Assembly: GCA_965228895.1 (NCBI GenBank)
Contig: OZ245842.1
Location: forward strand, 4,352,001 to 4,416,000
Direction of reading: 5' to 3'
DNA from: Alphaproteobacteria bacterium
Lineage (GTDB): Bacteria > Pseudomonadota > Alphaproteobacteria > SP197
Length of the DNA stretch: 64,000 bases
Below are positions 58,242-64,000 of the stretch, piece after piece. Position 1 is the stretch's first letter, and each line of letters starts with the position of its first letter. Made by a program: the position numbers and the translations under genes. The notes under the pieces are model-generated. The model was not told the origin of the DNA. It was given only the letters and a program-made list of their open reading frames with translations, and did no database searches.

Positions 58242-59198
58242 TTATGGCGAAAGGGCGGCCGCCAGAAAGTCGAGCAGAGCTTGCCGTGCCTGAGCTGCAG
58301 CCTCGGCATCACCGCCGGCCTCCGCGCCGCGGCGCCCGCACGCGCCCAACACGTCACGCAATGACGCGCCGTCAACCATGTCGCCTGTCGTGCGTTCGAC
58401 GAAGATGCCGGGGCTTTTCTCCTCGATCAGACAATCGGACGGAATCATGCCGGTAACCGGTACCCAATCCAGACCGTCCAAAGACGGGTGGTCAAAGGCA
58501 TGGCGGACACCAGGATAGATGACCAACGCAACATCATCGGAGGCCATCGACGCGACGACGTCACGGCACAGCGAGACGGGCGTCACGTTGTCGTTGTCGC
58601 CCATCTGGATCAGGACCGGTGCGCCGGTTGTCGTGACGTCCAGGGGTCGCAAACCACACCACGGGTAGAAGGCCGCATGGGCCGAAAAGCGATCGCCGTC
58701 ATAGGCGTCGCGAATCGTTTCAAGCGCGCCGTAGAGGGCGGCGATACCGCCTTTGGAAAAACCGACCAGCGCAATGTGCTGATCATCGATCCGTACATCG
58801 GCCGCCAGCGCCCTGCGCGCGGCAAACGCGTCCGCCAGCATGCTGGCCTCGGTTACCAGCGTCTGGTCGTCGACCGTGCGCGTGACACCACGCGCACCAA
58901 AGCTATCGACGACAAAGGCGGCGTACCCGGCGTCACGAAACAGTTCGGCGTAAAACCAGTCCTGACTGCCCGGCCCCGACGCGCTGTGCAGCATCACGAT
59001 CGCGGGCCACGGTGGCGGGCCGGCAGGCGTCATCAGGTAACCCCAGACGCTTTGCTGCGCACCGGCGTCACCAGCCATAACCTCGTTCAGGAAACCGTAA
59101 TTGGCGCTCTCGAAGTCGATTCGCTCACTCGACGACGGCGCCGTGGCGCAGCCCGCCAGCAAGACTACAACAGCCAGGAGCGTGGCAAACGGCCTCAC
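58242..59198 (-). CDS. Dienelactone-hydrolase-like alpha/beta hydrolase, predicted lipoprotein
   Basis: Lipobox LLAGC, GFSKGG nucleophile elbow, FYP.C, G..D and HAFD. Confidence 0.85.
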   Translation of the reverse strand: MRPFATLLAVVVLLAGCATAPSSSERIDFESANYGFLNEVMAGDAGAQQSVWGYLMTPAGPPPWPAIVMLHSASGPGSQDWFYAELFRDAGYAAFVVDSFGARGVTRTVDDQTLVTEASMLADAFAARRALAADVRIDDQHIALVGFSKGGIAALYGALETIRDAYDGDRFSAHAAFYPWCGLRPLDVTTTGAPVLIQMGDNDNVTPVSLCRDVVASMASDDVALVIYPGVRHAFDHPSLDGLDWVPVTGMIPSDCLIEEKSPGIFVERTTGDMVDGASLRDVLGACGRRGAEAGGDAEAAAQARQALLDFLAAALSP

Positions 59199-60037
59199 GG
59201 GTTAAGCGTGGCCGCGTGGTGGGCGAAGTGGTCGGCCATGAAGGACTGCACGAACCAGTAGCTGTGGTCGTAGCCGTCACGCCTATTGAGCGTCAGCGCC
59301 TGACCCTTCTCCGCGCAGACCGCTTCCAGACGCTCGGGCAGCAGGTTGGGCAGGAACTCGTCGGCGGTGCCCTGATCGGCCAGGATCGGCGGACAGGTAT
59401 GGCCGGACGCGATGAGGTCGCAGCAATCGTAGCGCCGCCACGCCTCCTGGTCGTCGCCCAGATAACCCTTGAGCGCGTTGACCCCGGGCTCGCAGTTCAT
59501 CAGCGACACCATGGGCGCGAACGCCGAGACCGACTGGAACATGCCGGGGTTCTTGAGCGCGAGCGATAACGCGCCATGGCCGCCCATGGAGTGACCGAAC
59601 ACGCCACGGCGCGCACCATCGGCGGGGAAGTTGCCTTCGACGACACCCGGCAGCTCCTTCACGACATAGCTTTCCATGCGGTAGTGACGCGACCACGGCT
59701 CGGCTGTCGCATCCAGATAGAAACCCGCACCGGTGCCGAATGCCCAGTCGTCGTCCTCGCCGGCGATGCCCGTCTCGCGCGGGCTGGTATCGGGCGCGAC
59801 GACGACAAAGCCATACTCGGCGGCAAGCCGCTGGGCGCCCGCCTTGATCGTAAAGTTCTCTTCGGTACAGGTGAGGCCCGAGAGGTAGTAGAGCACCGGA
59901 ACAGGCCCGTTCTCCGCCTGAGCCGGACGATAGAGTGCGAACCGCATGGGCAACCCGATCTCGTCGGACTGGTGACGGTAGATCCCCTGCACGCCGCCAT
60001 AGCAGCGGTTTTCCGAGATGGTTTCGATGGCTGTCAT
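59195..60037 (-). CDS. fghA: S-formylglutathione hydrolase
   Basis: YLSGLTC...NF..K, PDTSPR, GAGFY.DAT, GHSMGGHGA and YDHSY.F. Confidence 0.96.
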   Translation of the reverse strand: MTAIETISENRCYGGVQGIYRHQSDEIGLPMRFALYRPAQAENGPVPVLYYLSGLTCTEENFTIKAGAQRLAAEYGFVVVAPDTSPRETGIAGEDDDWAFGTGAGFYLDATAEPWSRHYRMESYVVKELPGVVEGNFPADGARRGVFGHSMGGHGALSLALKNPGMFQSVSAFAPMVSLMNCEPGVNALKGYLGDDQEAWRRYDCCDLIASGHTCPPILADQGTADEFLPNLLPERLEAVCAEKGQALTLNRRDGYDHSYWFVQSFMADHFAHHAATLNP

Positions 60038-60088
60038 GAGATCCTCCCTGGCGGAACCGCTCTAGCAACCACGGCCACGAATCACAAG

Positions 60089-60112
60089 CGGCGTCCGGTT
60101 TCCCGGACGCCG
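60089..60112. other. GC-rich hairpin between frmA and fghA
   Basis: CGGCGTCCGG-TTTC-CCGGACGCCG with no U-tract. Confidence 0.5.
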
Positions 60113-60133
60113 CGCGTGATACAGACCGATCGC

Positions 60134-61243
60134 TCAGTACGTAATGACGCTCCGGATCGACTCGCCTTCGTGCATCAGGTGGAAGGCGTCGTTGATCTTA
60201 TCGAGCGGCATGGTGTGGGTGATCATGTCGTCGATGTTGATCTTCCCGTCCATGTACCAGTCGACGATCTTCGGCACGTCCGTGCGGCCCTTGGCGCCGC
60301 CGAAGGCGGTGCCGCGCCAGACGCGGCCGGTGACGAGTTGGAACGGGCGGGTCGAGATTTCCGCGCCGGCCGGCGCGACGCCGATGATGACGGACTCGCC
60401 CCAACCCTTGTGACAGCACTCCAGCGCCTGGCGCATGGTCGTCACGTTACCGATACACTCGAAGCTATAGTCGGCGCCGCCGCCGGTCAGGTCGACCAGA
60501 TAAGGCACGAGATCGCCTTCGATCTCTTTCGGGTTGGCGAAGTGGGTCATGCCGAACTTCTGGCCCAGCGCCTCGCGCGCAGGATTGATGTCGACGCCGA
60601 CGATCTTGTCGGCACCGGCGATACGCGCGCCCTGGATGACGTTGAGACCGATGCCGCCCAGGCCGAAGACGACGACGTTGTCGCCGGGCTGCACCTTGGC
60701 GGTGTTCATGACCGCGCCGATACCGGTCGTCACGCCGCAGCCGATGTAGCAGATCTTGTCGAAGGGCGCGTCCTCACGCACCTTGGCGAGCGCGATCTCC
60801 GGCACCACCGAGTGATTGGCGAAGGTCGACGTGCCCATGTAGTGGAACAGCTTGTCGCCGCCGATCGAGAACCGGCTGGTGCCGTCGGGCATGACGCCCT
60901 GGCCCTGGGTGACGCGGATCGCCTGGCACAGATTGGTTTTGCCCGACGTGCAGTACTCGCACTGGCGGCATTCCGGCGTATAGAGCGGGATCACGTGGTC
61001 GCCTTTTTTGAGGCTCGTCACGCCCTTTCCGGTATCAACGACAACGCCCGCGCCCTCATGGCCTAGGATGGCCGGGAACAGGCCTTCCGGATCGTCACCG
61101 GACAGCGTGAAGGCATCGGTGTGGCAAACGCCGGTCGCCTTGATCTCGACCAGGACTTCGCCTTCCTTCGGTCCGTCCAGCTCGACCTCTTCAACGGTCA
61201 GCGGATCGCCCGCCTTGTGCGCAACGGCAGCACGTGTCTTCAT
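60134..61243 (-). CDS. frmA: S-(hydroxymethyl)glutathione dehydrogenase / class III ADH
   Basis: [32 protein letters not shown] and [13 protein letters not shown]. Confidence 0.97.
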   Translation of the reverse strand: MKTRAAVAHKAGDPLTVEEVELDGPKEGEVLVEIKATGVCHTDAFTLSGDDPEGLFPAILGHEGAGVVVDTGKGVTSLKKGDHVIPLYTPECRQCEYCTSGKTNLCQAIRVTQGQGVMPDGTSRFSIGGDKLFHYMGTSTFANHSVVPEIALAKVREDAPFDKICYIGCGVTTGIGAVMNTAKVQPGDNVVVFGLGGIGLNVIQGARIAGADKIVGVDINPAREALGQKFGMTHFANPKEIEGDLVPYLVDLTGGGADYSFECIGNVTTMRQALECCHKGWGESVIIGVAPAGAEISTRPFQLVTGRVWRGTAFGGAKGRTDVPKIVDWYMDGKINIDDMITHTMPLDKINDAFHLMHEGESIRSVITY

Positions 61244-61320
61244 GATGTCTCCCCCTCAAATCATGGTGTTCAGCTTTGGCCGCATGGTTCCAGCCGAAAG
61301 CGGCGAATGCAACCGCGATC

Positions 61321-62082
61321 TCAGTCGCCGCCAGGTGGTACAACGCCCGGCAGGCCGAGCAGGTTTGGCAGGTCGGCGACCGTGTCGATGACGACATCAA
61401 AATGGGCGTCCAGCAGCTCGTGACCGGCCGCCCCGCTAAGCACCCCAACCACCGCGTGCAGGCCGGCATTGCGCCCGGTCGCGGCGTCGGTCGGCGTGTC
61501 ACCGACCAGGATGACCTGGTGAGGCCCCAAACCCGTCGTCTCGCAGAACGCCAAGGGCATGCCCGGCCCAGGTTTGCCGCCATGGCCGGCATCGGCGCCG
61601 GCGACGAAATCGACGAGATGATCGATCCCGGTTGAGCGAGCGGTCTCATGCGCCGTGTTGGTATCGTCATTGGTCGCGATACCGAGCTTGAAACCGTGGC
61701 CGCTCAGCGTGGTGAAGAGTTGAGGCAGGTCCGCGGTCTGGACCAGGGTGTCTGCAGCGAAGGCCTCGAACAGGTCGAGCACCATGGTCTCCATGTCGTC
61801 GGGCGCCGCCGGACCCAACACCTCGGCCCACACCGCCAGCAGCTCCTGGTTGGTGCCGCCGGCGAGCAGCGACGAGGGCTCCATATGATCGCGCTCGCGG
61901 TCATAGCCGGTGCGCGCCAGGAGCGTATCGGCCAACGCCTTGTCGCCCGCGCGTTCGGCCGCGGCCTCGGCGGCCGCGACATAGGCGGGCACCCAGGTCG
62001 CGACGAAGTCGATGAGCGTGCCGTCTTTGTCGAACAGCACGCCTTCGACATGATCGAAGATAAGGGTCTCAGAGGGCGGCAC
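61321..62082 (-). CDS. HAD family hydrolase (phosphatase)
   Basis: FDKDGTL, IATND, KPGP and VGDT..D. Confidence 0.9.
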   Translation of the reverse strand: MPPSETLIFDHVEGVLFDKDGTLIDFVATWVPAYVAAAEAAAERAGDKALADTLLARTGYDRERDHMEPSSLLAGGTNQELLAVWAEVLGPAAPDDMETMVLDLFEAFAADTLVQTADLPQLFTTLSGHGFKLGIATNDDTNTAHETARSTGIDHLVDFVAGADAGHGGKPGPGMPLAFCETTGLGPHQVILVGDTPTDAATGRNAGLHAVVGVLSGAAGHELLDAHFDVVIDTVADLPNLLGLPGVVPPGGD

Positions 62083-62989
62083 GGACGCTTTCTCCTTCCG
62101 GCAAGTCCAGACGCCGACGCAATCCCGGTTCGGCAAGGGCACAGTCAAGATCAGCCAGGCGCCGAGTGGCATAGGCATCGAAACCCGCCTCGCCCGGTAC
62201 CAGCACACGCTGCATCATGCACCATGCCGCCGTGACAGCCATGGCAATCGCGCACCACAGCTCGAGGTCTTCGGGATCGCCGGCGCCGTAAGCGGCCAGC
62301 AAGGCATCCTTTTGCCCATCGTCAAATCGGGTCTCGACAGCGGCATAGGCGAGGTCCCAAAGCGGCTCGCTCATCGCGGCGTATTCCCAGTCAATCAGCA
62401 TCAGACGGCCCGGCGTGTCCAACATATTCGCGGCCACCGGGTCGACATGACAGGGCCGCAGTTCGCGGGCGTCGAAATCCGCCAGACGGGCAAGCGCCAG
62501 AACGCTTGGCCACCGCGGTCCGAAGGCAAGATCGGCATCGGGTGCAAGACTGGCCGTCGCCAGGTAGTGGTCGATCTTGTCGAACGGGTTCATCACGCCA
62601 CGAAACGCCGCGCCATCGTGCAGGCGGCGCAACGCGGTGCCCAGCCTGGCGATGACATCCGGGCGTCTTAGATGGGCTTCGTCAGGCACAACGGCATCGT
62701 CGCGAAAGCGCATGACGAGAACGCCGGTGGACGGATCGATATGGATCACCGACGCCGCGACCCCGGCCGTTTCGGCCACGCGCAAGTTATAGGCCTCCGC
62801 CGAACGATCGATATGAACTGAGGTGCCCGCGCCGGGCAGGCGCACGACATAGGGAACGCCGTCGGCCGTCACCCGCCAGGTGCGGTTGGTCAGGCCGGGC
62901 AGCCGTGTGACCGCACCGACACCGCCAGGCGCCACGGACAGACCGGCCGCATCGAGGGCTTTCTCGATCTCTGCGATATCGTCCATCAT
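62069..62989 (-). CDS. Choline/ethanolamine kinase-like phosphotransferase
   Basis: GLTNR.W, VVRLPG.G, IDR..E..N, CHVD....N (Brenner motif), IDWEYA and WDL. Confidence 0.85.
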   Translation of the reverse strand: MMDDIAEIEKALDAAGLSVAPGGVGAVTRLPGLTNRTWRVTADGVPYVVRLPGAGTSVHIDRSAEAYNLRVAETAGVAASVIHIDPSTGVLVMRFRDDAVVPDEAHLRRPDVIARLGTALRRLHDGAAFRGVMNPFDKIDHYLATASLAPDADLAFGPRWPSVLALARLADFDARELRPCHVDPVAANMLDTPGRLMLIDWEYAAMSEPLWDLAYAAVETRFDDGQKDALLAAYGAGDPEDLELWCAIAMAVTAAWCMMQRVLVPGEAGFDAYATRRLADLDCALAEPGLRRRLDLPEGESVRAAL

Positions 62990-63060
62990 GCCGGCAGCGT
63001 AACCTGCTCATTGTTGGAATGAGCGGCGATTTCGCCGCTCACGAGACACGATATAGCACC

Positions 63061-63660
63061 ATGACCGACCGCGACGACACCGCAGCATTGAGCCACCTGC
63101 TTGGCGAGGTCCGCGCCTGCCGCGTCTGTGCCGCTGATCTGCCGCTTGGTCCCCGCCCGGTCCTGCGCGCCGCAGCGTCGGCCCGGGTCTTGATCGTTGG
63201 TCAGGCGCCGGGGACCAAGGTCCACGAGTCCGGCGTTCCCTGGGACGACAGGAGCGGCGACCGGTTGCGCGACTGGATGGCCGTCGATCACGCGACCTTC
63301 TATGACGAAACCCGCATCGCCATCGTGCCGATGGGGTTCTGTTATCCCGGCCGCGACCCACGCGGCGGCGACAATCCGCCACGGCCCGAATGCGCGCCCT
63401 TGTGGCACGAGCGCATCCTGGATCGGTTGCCGAATGTCGAACTGACGCTGCTGATCGGCGGTTACGCGCAGAAACGCTATCTGGGAAAGGCCGCAGGACC
63501 GAGCTTGACGAAAACGGTCACGGCTTGGCGCGACCACCTGCCGCGTTTTTTCGCGACCCCGCACCCCTCATGGCGGAATACTGCCTGGCTGAAGCGCCAC
63601 CCTTGGTTCGAAGCCGAGGCGCTGCCGGAACTGCAGCATCGGATCGCCGCCCTGCTTTGA
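63061..63660 (+). CDS. Uracil-DNA glycosylase superfamily protein
   Basis: C..C, IVGQAPG, GFCYPG, PECA and PHPSWRN. Confidence 0.9.
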   Translation: MTDRDDTAALSHLLGEVRACRVCAADLPLGPRPVLRAAASARVLIVGQAPGTKVHESGVPWDDRSGDRLRDWMAVDHATFYDETRIAIVPMGFCYPGRDPRGGDNPPRPECAPLWHERILDRLPNVELTLLIGGYAQKRYLGKAAGPSLTKTVTAWRDHLPRFFATPHPSWRNTAWLKRHPWFEAEALPELQHRIAALL

Positions 63661-63699
63661 CGTTGGATGGATGGCGATGACCGCCCGATCACCGGGCGG

Positions 63700-64000
63700 T
63701 CAGATGTAATCCCACGCCACAAGAGCGAGCGCGTAGAGACCGAAGCCGGCGATCACCAGACCGGAAATGCGGTTAAGCCAGCGCAGGCCGCGGTCGGTGA
63801 AACGCTGGCGGAAGGTTGCCGTGATGCTGGCCAGAAAGGCCCACCACGCGAGCGCACCGGCAAAAACCCCGATGATCAGGACCCAAGCGTCGAACAGCCC
63901 CTCGGTTTGAACGGAGACGCTGGTGGCGGCAAAGATCGAGATGAACGCCAGAATGGTGATCGGGTTGACGATGGTGACGATGAAGGCCGAGCCCAGTGCC
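63700..64000 (-). CDS. LysE family transporter (3' part; runs off window end)
   Basis: Manual translation gives ...SAFIVTIVNPITILAFISIFA...GVFAGALAWW...LRWLNRISGLVIAGFG...YI*. Confidence 0.85.
   Translation of the reverse strand, partial: ALGSAFIVTIVNPITILAFISIFAATSVSVQTEGLFDAWVLIIGVFAGALAWWAFLASITATFRQRFTDRGLRWLNRISGLVIAGFGLYALALVAWDYI

Overview
This is a GC-rich, chromosomal core-genome window from an alphaproteobacterium (probably Rhodospirillales-like, judged from gene order and proteins). It carries the familiar blocks tsaE-amgK-murU-addB/addA-trxA; aroA-cmk-rpsA-sppA-ihfB-lapA-ocd-pyrF-trpF-trpB-trpA-accD-folC; polA-csp; pckA-hugZ-chvI-chvG; ibpA-DUF1150; and frmA-fghA. It also has tRNA-Ala(GGC) and tRNA-Arg(CCG). 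I found no CRISPR array, integrase, transposase or prophage gene. The most unusual features are: (1) addB and addA are one uninterrupted ~2164-aa ORF, i.e. a single-chain AddB-AddA helicase-nuclease; (2) a zntB-mscS-rimB-rimK-deacylase cassette flanked by marC and kup, suggesting a glutamyl-peptide synthesis/turnover module tied to ion and osmotic homeostasis; (3) a tRNA-flanked islet with a 56-aa RBS-supported small ORF and tandem NrdR-box-like sites but no reductase gene; (4) a Tyr-type (sigma/pi-like) GST in an accessory block between trxA and folC; (5) a decaying array of EamA paralogues next to a REP/MITE-like element. All functional calls come from motif recognition by eye; no searches were run.
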